This document shows, one piece after another, positions 20,486 to 29,764 of a stretch of DNA of 64,000 bases. The stretch spans positions 864,001 through 928,000 of the forward strand of contig CAVOXA010000001.1 in NCBI GenBank assembly GCA_963700285.1, given 5' to 3'. Position 1 is the stretch's first letter, and every line of letters begins with the position of its first letter. The translations under genes were made by a program, and so were the position numbers. Origin of the DNA: an uncultured Chloroflexia bacterium. GTDB taxonomy: Bacteria; Chloroflexota; Anaerolineae; JAAYZQ01. A model generated the notes under the pieces. The model was not told the DNA's origin, did not search any database, and saw nothing but the letters and a program-made list of their open reading frames with translations.

Positions 20486-20916
20486 GCTGCAGCCGGCAGC
20501 TTTTTAGACATGACTAACTTGTTGCCCTGTTCCAGATCAAAGCTAAAGGAGAGTTCATCCATGAACTGCCTGATCAGGAACAGGCCCAGACCCCCAAGCG
20601 ACCTCTCGTCGAGAGGAGCATGCACATCCGGATCGGCAATTTCTTCAGGAACAAAGCTCCTGCCCCAATCGCGCACATAGATGACGAACATGCCGTCATC
20701 CGTCTTGCATGCGAGTTCCATATCGCCTTGCGCCACGTCCCCGTAGGCGTGATGTACAATGTTGGCGCATGCCTCGTCAACAGCGACCTGGATCTCATAC
20801 AATGCCTGCTCGCCAAACCCCACCTCCAGAGCCAAATGTGTCACAAAGTCAATGGCAAGGGGCACGTTTGGGAGCGTGGCTTCTATCCTGAGAACAGATT
20901 CACTCGGCATCGGCAT
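20482..20916 (-). CDS. RsbW-like anti-sigma factor / Ser kinase (HATPase_c_2)
   Basis: VAVDEACANIVHHAY, VRDWGRSF, GGLGLFLIRQFMDE. Confidence 0.9.
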   Translation of the reverse strand: MPMPSESVLRIEATLPNVPLAIDFVTHLALEVGFGEQALYEIQVAVDEACANIVHHAYGDVAQGDMELACKTDDGMFVIYVRDWGRSFVPEEIADPDVHAPLDERSLGGLGLFLIRQFMDELSFSFDLEQGNKLVMSKKLPAAA

Positions 20917-21083
20917 GTCGGTTGCCAACTTGACAACAGACCGCCGCGCGCCCAAGGCCCGCGCGACCCGGCGGTCATGTCCCAAGGGCTGGCTAGGCAG
21001 CGCCTCCAGTTCGGGGCTAACTGGCCTGCAACTCTTGCCAAGGGACGCTAGTCCAATCTCTCATTCAATGCAGGTCTGCGATC

Positions 21084-21422
21084 CTAGAAGCTGCCCACAG
21101 CCTGTGAGTCGCTGTCGTAGAAGGCGAACAGGCGGTGAAAGCCCACGAGTTCGAAATTCTCCTTCAGCCCTGGCTTGATTTCCGAGATGACTACGTTGCC
21201 AGGCGGAATCGCCTTTCGGACCTTCATCAGTGCCGAGAGCAGTGCTTTGAGGCCGGCACTGCTGATATAGTCGGCATTCCGCAGGTTCACTACGATATCG
21301 TGCTGGCCGGCCTGGACAAGGCCCAGCAGTGTGTTTTCTAGTTCAGGTGCGGTGGCACTGTCAATCCTGCCCGAGACAGTGACAATCTCACAACGTTTCA
21401 TCTTTTCGGACTTGATTTCCAT
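21084..21422 (-). CDS. STAS domain anti-sigma factor antagonist (RsbV-like)
   Basis: VSGRIDSATAPEL, DYISSAGL, FELVGF. Confidence 0.9.
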   Translation of the reverse strand: MEIKSEKMKRCEIVTVSGRIDSATAPELENTLLGLVQAGQHDIVVNLRNADYISSAGLKALLSALMKVRKAIPPGNVVISEIKPGLKENFELVGFHRLFAFYDSDSQAVGSF

Positions 21423-21749
21423 AGCTTCTCTCCTAAAATATGACTCTTGGGAAGGCATTGTTTTGACAACTGGACTATTCTACCACATGTGTCAAGCCTG
21501 AGCAAGCGCTGTGCACAAATCACTGTGTCTACTGCAAAGGGGTTCCTCGAGATCCCCGGCGCGTCGCGACCAAGGGCCCCAACACTGACTCACTGCTGGT
21601 TCGTCCAGGGCCAGGGTGAGCATCCAGATTGAGCCTGGTGGAACTCGGCTTCTCCAAGTTACTCTGCCGGTCCTGATTCTGCCACTATATTAGGGATGCC
21701 TTGCCACTCACAATAGGGAGGCAATGCTGCATAGTACGATATCGGTCCT

Positions 21750-23222
21750 CTATGTCATACCCAACGTCTGTCGGCGGTACTGCTCTTTACCAAGCTCTAT
21801 GGTAACCATCACCAGGCCGAGAAAAATCCAAAAGGCTGCAACCGAGTGCGGGAAGCTCAGGTTGAAAAAGTAGTGGTCAAAAAGACCACCTACCAGGATG
21901 CCGACGATAGCGGCTGATAGTCCGAGCAGGATTGCTTCTAGGCCACCTTGATCGCGTACAAATGGCCACGCCAACCAGACCTGTCGGAAGAACAGCCCAA
22001 CGATTGTCAAAAAAGCAACCAGCCCAATGAGGCCCATTTCCTCCGCAATAAGTAGGTATACGTTAGAGACCCCGATATATAGACTGCTCTCGGGCGTGCC
22101 AACGAACCCAACACCAATCCAGGGATAGCGACTGATCAAGGTCAGTGCATCTTTGTACTCACCAAGACGCATGAGTGTGGCCAGATCCTGAAACTGCAAA
22201 CCCTCGACAAAATGCTGGACATAATCTTGAGATTGGGGCAGGAGCAGCAGCAAGAGGCCAGCCAAGATCATGGCTGGAATCAGCCGCCGGTATCTTACCA
22301 GCGCCAGGGTGCCCAGACCAGCGGCCAGGCCAAGCATCGAGCCACGAGAATAGGTGAGATAGAGGCACAGAGCGTCCACAAGGAACATCCCGCCCAGAAT
22401 GGGACGCGGCAAGAGCGGCTTGCGAGCGAATAGTTGGGCAGCGGTCGACGTCGTGATGAGAATCAGCAACCCACCCAGCACATTGGGGTCCGTAGATGTA
22501 GAGATGGCTCGCTGGGCAAGGTCCGGGTTGTCTTCAACGTACCGCAGGATGCCTGCCCCCGTGGGATAGCCAAAGCGTCCCAGTGTCGATAGCAGGCGGA
22601 TGCTCCAAGCTGGCGGCATGAAATAGAAGAGCACGCCGATGGCTGCGGCGCCAAACCCGGCGACAATGATGATCAGGACTAGTGCCCTCAGATGTTTCTC
22701 GGTACGAACGCAGTTGACGATCACAAAGAACAGCGAGATGCTGAGCAGAATCTCTGCAAAGTGACGAAGTACGTATTGGTCGAGGTAGGCATGCGCCAGT
22801 CCTGCGACAAAAGAGGCGCAGGCCAGCAGAAGAAAGATGACGATGGGCAGGCCCAAGGCCGTGCCTATGAAGTGGCCTGCCTTCCCCTTGGCGATGCGCA
22901 CTATCCAGACAAAGTACGTGGCTGCAAGGGCAAGATCGAGGAACGTGGGGGTAAAGCCGATCTTGAAGGGCAGAGCGCCAAAGGGCAGCAAACAAATTAG
23001 CGCGATCACAGCGGCTAAGCCCCATTGCGTGCTGCGTAGCATCAGCAGTCCGCCGGCCAGGGCCAGCACCCCAGCGACGGCATATAGAGGAGAAAGTATC
23101 GCCACATAAGCGCCAGCGATCAAGCCTGCCGCCACAGACAAAGCAACCGCTGCAGCGAGCGCGAATCGCCGGTCACTTCTGACAAAAATCTGCTGCAGGC
23201 TAGCGAGTGTTTGCTGGGTCAT
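21750..23222 (-). CDS. O-antigen ligase-like (Wzy_C) membrane protein
   Basis: About 12 TM helices; RAISTSTDPNVLGG, LTYSRGS, PWIGVGF, NVYLLIAEEMGLIGL. Confidence 0.85.
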   Translation of the reverse strand: MTQQTLASLQQIFVRSDRRFALAAAVALSVAAGLIAGAYVAILSPLYAVAGVLALAGGLLMLRSTQWGLAAVIALICLLPFGALPFKIGFTPTFLDLALAATYFVWIVRIAKGKAGHFIGTALGLPIVIFLLLACASFVAGLAHAYLDQYVLRHFAEILLSISLFFVIVNCVRTEKHLRALVLIIIVAGFGAAAIGVLFYFMPPAWSIRLLSTLGRFGYPTGAGILRYVEDNPDLAQRAISTSTDPNVLGGLLILITTSTAAQLFARKPLLPRPILGGMFLVDALCLYLTYSRGSMLGLAAGLGTLALVRYRRLIPAMILAGLLLLLLPQSQDYVQHFVEGLQFQDLATLMRLGEYKDALTLISRYPWIGVGFVGTPESSLYIGVSNVYLLIAEEMGLIGLVAFLTIVGLFFRQVWLAWPFVRDQGGLEAILLGLSAAIVGILVGGLFDHYFFNLSFPHSVAAFWIFLGLVMVTIELGKEQYRRQTLGMT

Positions 23223-23297
23223 TGGTGCACTATGCGATCAGATTTTCCAACACGCGGGTATGCAGAGTGGGAGGTGCATCAAGGGTCCAAACACGTA

Positions 23298-23394
23298 CGG
23301 GAGTGGATGGGAGTCGAACCCACCAAGGCCGCTTCTGCAGCACCCTTCGGACGGTTTTGAAGACCGTGGAGCCCACCGGGACTCAACCACCCCC
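23298..23394 (-). tRNA. selC: tRNA-Sec (anticodon UCA)
   Basis: 8-bp acceptor stem GGGGGTGG/CCACTCCC with G discriminator, ACGGT-CTTCAAA-ACCGT anticodon arm, long variable arm, GGTTCGACTCC T-arm; CCA not encoded. Confidence 0.93.
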
Positions 23395-23405
23395 AAACTA
23401 CCTCT

Positions 23406-23434
23406 AGCATACCCCGTTTTCTCGAATTCGTCAA
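23406..23434 (-). promoter_or_regulatory. selC promoter
   Basis: TTGACG-17 nt-TATGCT ending 12 nt upstream of the tRNA. Confidence 0.7.
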
Positions 23435-23454
23435 GTGACTGCGGCGCCCAATGC

Positions 23455-23619
23455 ACGGCTGTTGCAAAGTCGTCATCGCGAGCGTCAGCGCCTGTCCCGA
23501 GCCTGCCGAGGGAAAGCGATCTCCACTTGTGCCCTGGGGATTGCCACGGCGCAAACAGCGCGCCTCGCAATGACAGATCTGACTGGCAGTGCATGTCAAG
23601 GGACAATGCAACAGCCGTA
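23455..23619. mobile_element. MITE with 12-bp TIRs, 11-bp target-site duplication and nested REP-like palindromes
   Basis: ACGGCTGTTGCA (23455-23466) / TGCAACAGCCGT (23607-23618); flanking direct repeat GCGCCCAATGC at 23444-23454 and 23620-23630; internal GTCATCGCGAG...CTCGCAATGAC. Confidence 0.8.
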
Positions 23620-23659
23620 GCGCCCAATGCTGGTGAGGCTGGGCCGGTATCCGCGCGCG

Positions 23660-24310
23660 CTATTCTCGATACCGTTTCTCGATCAAGTAGGTGCAGGATG
23701 GATCTCCCTGGGCAACACACAGGATCTCTTCCACAAAGAGGCTCATGCCCCCAGTGACATGGCGCAGGGATTCCTCGAGCAGGCCGAGTTCCGCATTGCA
23801 GATCGGCTCGACGGATGTGCGGTTCCAACACTCGGGACAGCGATCGATGTGGTAGAAAAAACGCTCTCCCTTTTCTTCCACTCTCACGACTTGATCGCTG
23901 GCCTTGTTGAATGTATCAGCCATGGCGCTGAGACTCATCTTGATCCTTATGCGCAGGGGCAACAGACGGAATGCAACATCACCAATGCCCAGTACCGCGC
24001 CAAAGTCTTTCCGTGCATGGTGAAACCATGCCCTCCCGGAACGGGACGCGATTCCACTGCCCCCCTGCCTCCCATACGTGTCGTCTATGGACTGGCCCAG
24101 GGTGCTCATCTCTACAAAGCTCCAGCCCAAGTCCAGATTATCGGGAGGATAATTGGCTATGCGAGTCCGCAGTCCGGCTCCATCGAAGATGGCGTTGATT
24201 CTGTTTCGCCCCAAAACGTCCTCAAGAGCAAGCAGGTAAGTCCGTCCGATTCTATTGGGCCAGTAAAAGTTCTTGCTGCGGATGTCCTTGGTGAGTGCGT
24301 CGGTCGCCAT
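23660..24310 (-). CDS. V4R (4-vinyl reductase) domain protein
   Basis: LALEDVLGRN, NYPPDNLD, YGRQGG, CPECWNR...EPIC...EILCVAQGDPSCTYLI. Confidence 0.85.
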   Translation of the reverse strand: MATDALTKDIRSKNFYWPNRIGRTYLLALEDVLGRNRINAIFDGAGLRTRIANYPPDNLDLGWSFVEMSTLGQSIDDTYGRQGGSGIASRSGRAWFHHARKDFGAVLGIGDVAFRLLPLRIRIKMSLSAMADTFNKASDQVVRVEEKGERFFYHIDRCPECWNRTSVEPICNAELGLLEESLRHVTGGMSLFVEEILCVAQGDPSCTYLIEKRYRE

Positions 24311-24738
24311 GCCGATCTACCTCTCAAGATGTCCTGGCCATGATCCGTACTGTGGAGCTTTGCAGGCACCAATTATACCCCTACTCTAGCCATCCGTCAA
24401 CTGTGTCGCCGCCCCCGAGTGGTCTTGCGGCCTATCAGCTAGCAAGACAAAAAGGTCCTTCAGATCTGCTGCCTGTGCAATGGTCCGATTCCCCCAGGTA
24501 TGCTGGAGATATCTGGCTTATCCCACATGTACTGGGGCCAACTTGGCGAATGGCATACAGGTGTGATATAATGGCCGGCGTTGTATGCTGGCAGCATGGT
24601 GAAGCCACACAGGGTAGGTCATCGGGTGCGATGATGCATTGGGGGCCAATGCATCTGAGCTTGTGGCGCGCCCAACTCCTCTGTGGCATGTGGCAGTCCT
24701 GGCCCCAATGCAGTTCAACCGCCCGTGGAGGTCGAGGA

Positions 24739-26015
24739 ATGCTGGACGTGGGACAGACAAGGGTCTGGAGAGCTATGGGCCTGGTAACGTTCCTGGTGAT
24801 ACTGTCTTTTTCTATCACCAATTGCCGATCCACTGAGACTGCTCGCGTCACGCCCACGCCCACTATGACGTCACGGCCGACGTTTACCCCAGTACAACCA
24901 ACAGCAACTCACACGCCAACCGCCACACCCACCCTGATGCCGGAGCCAACTGAAGAGCCTACGGCCACCGTCACCAGTGTACCGACATCCACGCCCGAGC
25001 CCACAGAGACGCCTGTGCCGAGTGCGACTCCCTGGCCGACTCTCGACCCCAACGCCTGTCCGCTGACGGGGCTCCCGGTGAGCGATCCGGCCCTACTGGA
25101 AAAGCGTCCGTTGGCCATCAAAGTACAGAACGCACCTCTGTCACGTCCTCAGTTTGGCCTGCCTCAGGCCGACATTGTGTACGAACACCTGTCAGAGGCA
25201 GGCATCACGCGCTTTACAGGTATCTATCTCTGTCAGGATGTGGCAAAGATAGGCTCGGTGCGCAGTGCGCGGTTCATTGACCTCGAGATCCCTGCCATGT
25301 ACAAGAGCCTCATGGCTCTTTCTGGGACCAGCCCCGGTCTTCTCCCCAAACTTGAGAATTCGGACTTCAGTGACCGGCTTTTCTGGTACGATAGGGGGAT
25401 CAACTCTGCAGGGTTCTACCGCGACAAAGAACTGCGCCAGCAGGGCGTTGCTATCGAGCATACCCTTTTCGCGGATCCAGCCAAGATCTGGGAAATCGCT
25501 GAGAAAAAGGACATAAACCAGCCCCAAGACCTGGAGGGGCTCACGTTCGACCATGTCATACCAGAAGGAGGGGGGGAGCCAATTCCATTCATATCCCCTA
25601 TCCCCACCGGGACATGGTTGTGGACTATCGCTATGATGCCGAGTCCGGTACCTATCTGCGTACCCAGGGTGGAAAGCCCTTCATCGATGCAGCGACCGGC
25701 GAGCAGATCTCTGCTACGAACGTTGTGGTTCTCTATGCCAATCATGTGGATGCCGACTTTTACGAGGACTTTCCCCGTACCAATCATCCATCGGTGCAGA
25801 TCCAGGTTTGGGGCACCGGTCCGGCCGTAGTTTTTCGGGATGGTCTGGCCTATGAAGGGCTGTGGGCCCGACCTCAGCGGGAGGACATGGTGGTGTTCCG
25901 GGATCCAACCGGGCAGGTTCCAATCCCTCTCAAGCCAGGAAATACCTGGATCCAGCTTGTGCCTCTGGAAGGTCATCGGTGGACCTTTGAGGCCACATGG
26001 GGCAATGAGGAGTAG
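24739..26015 (+). CDS. DUF3048 domain protein with signal/lipoprotein peptide and Pro/Thr-rich linker (frameshift at G-run near 25575)
   Basis: CPLTGLP, RPLAIKVQN, RPQFGLPQADIVYE, EAGITRF, GSVRSAR; C-terminal YRYDAESGTYLR...NVVV...LKPGNTWIQLV. Confidence 0.85.
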
Positions 26016-26022
26016 TCGTGCT

Positions 26023-26439
26023 ATGGTTGTGAACAGGCGTATAGAACTGAGTACGCAGGGCAATGGTCACATCTTGGATATCACTGATGAGGTTGTAGGT
26101 CAGGTACAGAGTGCCGGTCTCGAGAATGGCGTTGTGATCCTATTCACGCCCAGCTCCACCAGCGCCTTGACCACGATTGAGTATGAATCCGGTGTCGTCC
26201 AGGATGTGCAGCAGTACTTTGATCGAGCCGTACCTCCTGATATCGAGTACCAGCATCATTTGCGGTGGGGGGATGGGAATGGTCATTCCCATGTTCGTCA
26301 TGCACTGTTGGGCCCCTCGTTGACAATCCCCTTTCTTGAGGGGCGGATGACTCTGGGTACATGGCAGCAGGTTGTTTTCATTGACTTTGATAGCCGCCCT
26401 CGTGTCCGGTCTGTGGTGGTGCAGATCATCGGTGAGTGA
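26023..26439 (+). CDS. YjbQ/UPF0047 family protein
   Basis: ILDITDEV, ALTTIEYE, DGNGHSH, LGTWQQVVFIDFD. Confidence 0.9.
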   Translation: MVVNRRIELSTQGNGHILDITDEVVGQVQSAGLENGVVILFTPSSTSALTTIEYESGVVQDVQQYFDRAVPPDIEYQHHLRWGDGNGHSHVRHALLGPSLTIPFLEGRMTLGTWQQVVFIDFDSRPRVRSVVVQIIGE

Positions 26440-26514
26440 GTTGGCCTGATGATAGCTGGGCCGCACAGCACGCAGAAGTCGAACTGCTCTTCTGGGACCT
26501 TCTGAGGGACGATC

Positions 26515-27159
26515 ATGTCCTCTCCCGATAGCGCCGATTCAAGAACACAGCGCCAGCAGGCCTGGTTGCTGGCCAGGGCTAGACTGGGGCCCCGGTTGCT
26601 CATCCAAGCTCCTCCTTGGGTTCGTGGCGTCTTTGACCATGCTTGGGCGCCCATGAAGGCCCTGGCGCGGGAGACTTGCTGCCTACCAGCGTACTTGTGT
26701 GAATGCCTGCTGAGATTTGATTCCGGCCATATCGTGATCCATGCTGCTGGTTCCTACTATGCTCCAGGCCCGGCAGTCATACGTCAGCGGCGTGTACAGA
26801 ATGTGGCCTTTGTGTCGGTCGAGGACCTGGCCAGGGACAATGAGCGACCGCTACACGTCATTGGCCACCTCATCGACCATCACCTCGGATGTGCCGGCGA
26901 GCTGGAATCAGCCTGGCTCACGGATGGGGCCGGCCTGAACCCTCAGTTGCAGGCAGCTGGGGCTCGTCTGCCCCGCCTGTTTGCCCTCGGCTACGGGGCG
27001 GACAAAGTCGCGAGTTCTGGCGTTCGCGATTATTTCGCCCAATCATTGGCCTTCTACTGCCGAGATCGGCGACAGCTGAACGTGGACGACCCACAGATCT
27101 ACAAATGGTTTCGCAGCACTCTGTGGAATGACGCATTCTGGCAGGGGCAGACACAATAG
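26515..27159 (+). CDS. hypothetical protein resembling a lethal-factor/PPEP-type zincin with degenerate catalytic motif
   Basis: LHVIGHLIDH in place of LHExGHxxD; RDYFAQSLAFY...RRQL...PQIYKWF resembles EYFAExF..Y...P.TY. Confidence 0.55.
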   Translation: MSSPDSADSRTQRQQAWLLARARLGPRLLIQAPPWVRGVFDHAWAPMKALARETCCLPAYLCECLLRFDSGHIVIHAAGSYYAPGPAVIRQRRVQNVAFVSVEDLARDNERPLHVIGHLIDHHLGCAGELESAWLTDGAGLNPQLQAAGARLPRLFALGYGADKVASSGVRDYFAQSLAFYCRDRRQLNVDDPQIYKWFRSTLWNDAFWQGQTQ

Positions 27160-27168
27160 GGAGGGATC

Positions 27169-28278
27169 ATGTACAGTCAGCGATTGGCCTCGTTGCAGCA
27201 ATCTCAGGCGGCAAATAGGGTGGCATGTGTAGCCTTGATTCCGGGTGCCAACCTGCGTTATTTCACGGGCCTCACCACACACCTTAGCGAGCGGCCTTTT
27301 GTAGTCTTTCTGCCGGCCGAGGGGGCTCCGGCTGTGCTGCTTCCAGAGTTAGAGGCCACAGCGGCGCGGGCCCGTCTGCCTGAGGATACCCGGTTGTGGA
27401 CCTACCGTGACGAGGAAGGTCACGAGCACGTCTTCTACCAGGTTGCCGAGGAACTGGGCTTGGAGGGTAAGGCCCTCGGCGTTGAGTACTTGTCTATGCG
27501 CATGCTTGAGATGCGCCGCATTGAACAGGCAGCACCTGGCTGTGTATTCTTGGCCACCGAACCCTGGATGCCCAATCTGCGCATGGCCAAAGACGAGACC
27601 GAGATCGCTCACATGCGCCATGCGGTCAGAATCGCCGAGCAGGCCATGCAACGCCTCCTCAATGAAGGTTCTATCCGGCCTGGTCGTACCGAATTGGAGG
27701 TTGCCTCTGACCTTCGTGTGGCCATGTTGCGTGAGGGGGGCCAGGGGGAGGCATTTCCCCCCATCGTCGTGAGCGGGCCGAACTCGGCGCTGCCTCATGC
27801 CAGTCCGTCGAATCGCGCGTTGTCCGAGGGCGATCTGGTGACCATTGACTGGGGCGCCGTCTACGAAGGCTACTGTTCAGACATTACTCGTACGTTTGTG
27901 TTGGGTGTGCCATCTCTGGAAATGGAGCGAATGCAGGAGGCAGTGCTGGCGGCGAATCAGGCGGGCCGGCTGGCAGTCCGCCCAGGGAGGCCAGCCCAGG
28001 AGGTAGACCGCGCTGCACGGCGCGCTATTACCCAGGCTGGCTATGGCGAGTTCTTTATCCACCGTACCGGCCACGGACTCGGGCTTGAAACTCACGAGCC
28101 GCCCTATATCGTCGAAGGGAATCTGGAACTGCTTCAGATCGGGATGACGCTCACTGTTGAGCCAGGCGTCTATGTTCCGACGGTGGGCGGCGTGCGTATC
28201 GAGGATGACGTTGTAGTCACTGAACGAGGGGTAGAAGTGCTCACTACGCTGCCCCGCGATCTGCTCTCGATCGGATAG
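27169..28278 (+). CDS. M24 Xaa-Pro amino/dipeptidase
   Basis: GPNSALPH, IDWG...YCSDITRT, HRTGHGLGLETHE, TVEPGVY, GGVRIEDD. Confidence 0.93.
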   Translation: MYSQRLASLQQSQAANRVACVALIPGANLRYFTGLTTHLSERPFVVFLPAEGAPAVLLPELEATAARARLPEDTRLWTYRDEEGHEHVFYQVAEELGLEGKALGVEYLSMRMLEMRRIEQAAPGCVFLATEPWMPNLRMAKDETEIAHMRHAVRIAEQAMQRLLNEGSIRPGRTELEVASDLRVAMLREGGQGEAFPPIVVSGPNSALPHASPSNRALSEGDLVTIDWGAVYEGYCSDITRTFVLGVPSLEMERMQEAVLAANQAGRLAVRPGRPAQEVDRAARRAITQAGYGEFFIHRTGHGLGLETHEPPYIVEGNLELLQIGMTLTVEPGVYVPTVGGVRIEDDVVVTERGVEVLTTLPRDLLSIG

Positions 28279-28339
28279 TGGTGCGCCAGCGTACTGGCTC
28301 CACCGATATCTCCAGGCCAGACGTATCAATCGGCGTTAA

Positions 28340-28532
28340 TTGAGATCCTCCTGCCGCATTGTGGACCTCGGTAGCGCTAGTCCATAGCCGCCGAGGACTT
28401 GGGTGTTAGCCCGCCGGCAGTCACCTTTCAGATGTAGGCGTTGGAAAAGGAGCTGGGTGGCACCCTGCTGGATCGCTCCCCAAGGCATGTTGTGCCCACC
28501 GGCAGCGGGCGCCTTCTCGGCGAACATGCGCC
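28340..28532 (+). pseudogene. LysR-family HTH remnant
   Basis: LRSSCRIVDLGS / frameshift / AAEDLGVSPPAVTFQM*ALEKELGGTLLDRSPRHVVPTGSGRLL; in-frame TAG at 28435; no substrate-binding domain. Confidence 0.75.
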
Positions 28533-28780
28533 CTGGTCCGTGACTCGACTGCCAACTGCTGCCGGGCACCTGCCGTCCCTCAGCGTCCGGTGACCATCTA
28601 GCCTGTTCTCTTTCAAAAGCTCGGAAGGACTGCCACTTGCCAGGAGCCTGCCTTTGTACTATAATTCGCAAGGATATGCATTTCTTTCCCATTGTGGACG
28701 CAAGCTCGGGCGGCGACGCAGAGCGTGGGCGAGACGAGGCGACCCGCGACACACAGCGAGCCGTGGTCTTGGAGTTGTGA

Positions 28781-29764
28781 ATGGCAATCAAGGGCAAGCG
28801 CATTCTCATCACTGGTGGTGCCGGCTTCATCGGGACTGCTGTATGCCGTCAGCTAGCCGATAATAACCGAATCGTGCTTTACGATAGCTTGCGGCGCAAT
28901 GCGCTCAAGGGCACTAGTCTGCTCGAACACCCGAATGTGCAACTGGTTGTGGGCGATGTGCTGGACCGTAGAAAACTCACAGAGGCTATAGAGGGGACCC
29001 AACTTGTTCTCCACATGGCCGCGGTTGCCGGTATTGATACAGTCGTCCGGAGCCCAATCCATACTATGCAGGTCAATATCCTGGGAACGGTCAATCTCCT
29101 TGATGCTCTGGAGCCAATACTGGATGATGTCGAACGCTTTGTCTTCTTCTCAACCAGCGAAGTCTTTGGCAGCTATGCCTACAAACGTCGGGAAAGCGAG
29201 ACGACGAACCTGCAACCGGTTGGAGAAGGGCGATGGACCTATTCCGTGAGCAAACTCGCTGCCGAGCACCTCGTACACAGCTACTATCGGGAGCGTGCTT
29301 TGCCCACCGTATTGGTGCGACCGTTCAACGTCTATGGCCCCGGACAGGTTGGTGAGGGGGCCGTTCACGTTTTTGTCAACCACGCTCTGCGCGGCGTTCC
29401 GCTAGAGATCCACGGGGATGGTGATCAGATCCGCTCGTGGTGTTACATAGATGACATGGTAGAGGGTGTCTTGCTCTGTCTGGAAGATGAGCAGGCCGTA
29501 GCAAATGTCTTCAACATTGGCAACCCAAGGGGTACCACTACCATTTTGAGCCTGGCAGAAAAGATCGTGGCTCTGGCTGACTCCCGCTCACCTATCGTCC
29601 ACATTCCCAAGCGCTACGTAGATATTGAATTGCGTATCCCTAGCATTCAACAAGCTCAGACGCTTTTGGGCTACCAACCACAGGTTGACCTGACCGAAGG
29701 GCTGCAGCGAACCATCGCCTGGTATCGCGCCCTCCTGCATGGTCAGGACGAGGCAGTGCCATGA
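28781..29764 (+). CDS. NAD-dependent nucleotide-sugar epimerase/dehydratase
   Basis: ITGGAGFIG, STSEVFG, YSVSK, RPFNVYGP. Confidence 0.9.
   Translation: MAIKGKRILITGGAGFIGTAVCRQLADNNRIVLYDSLRRNALKGTSLLEHPNVQLVVGDVLDRRKLTEAIEGTQLVLHMAAVAGIDTVVRSPIHTMQVNILGTVNLLDALEPILDDVERFVFFSTSEVFGSYAYKRRESETTNLQPVGEGRWTYSVSKLAAEHLVHSYYRERALPTVLVRPFNVYGPGQVGEGAVHVFVNHALRGVPLEIHGDGDQIRSWCYIDDMVEGVLLCLEDEQAVANVFNIGNPRGTTTILSLAEKIVALADSRSPIVHIPKRYVDIELRIPSIQQAQTLLGYQPQVDLTEGLQRTIAWYRALLHGQDEAVP

Noticed and set aside
23627-24343. Long antisense ORFs (e.g. 23627-24343, 34976-36250, 40897-42117, 61157-61846)
   Set aside because: Shadow frames of well-supported genes on the opposite strand, as expected in GC-rich DNA.
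24295-24738. N-terminal extensions in the ORF track (DUF3048; also 62724-62969, 36199-36312, 25840-26022)
   Set aside because: Better starts with SD sequences lie downstream; the extensions cover promoters, RNA or the preceding gene.
24840-25045. Possible DNA tandem repeat
   Set aside because: Explained by Pro/Thr codons; not an exact nucleotide repeat.
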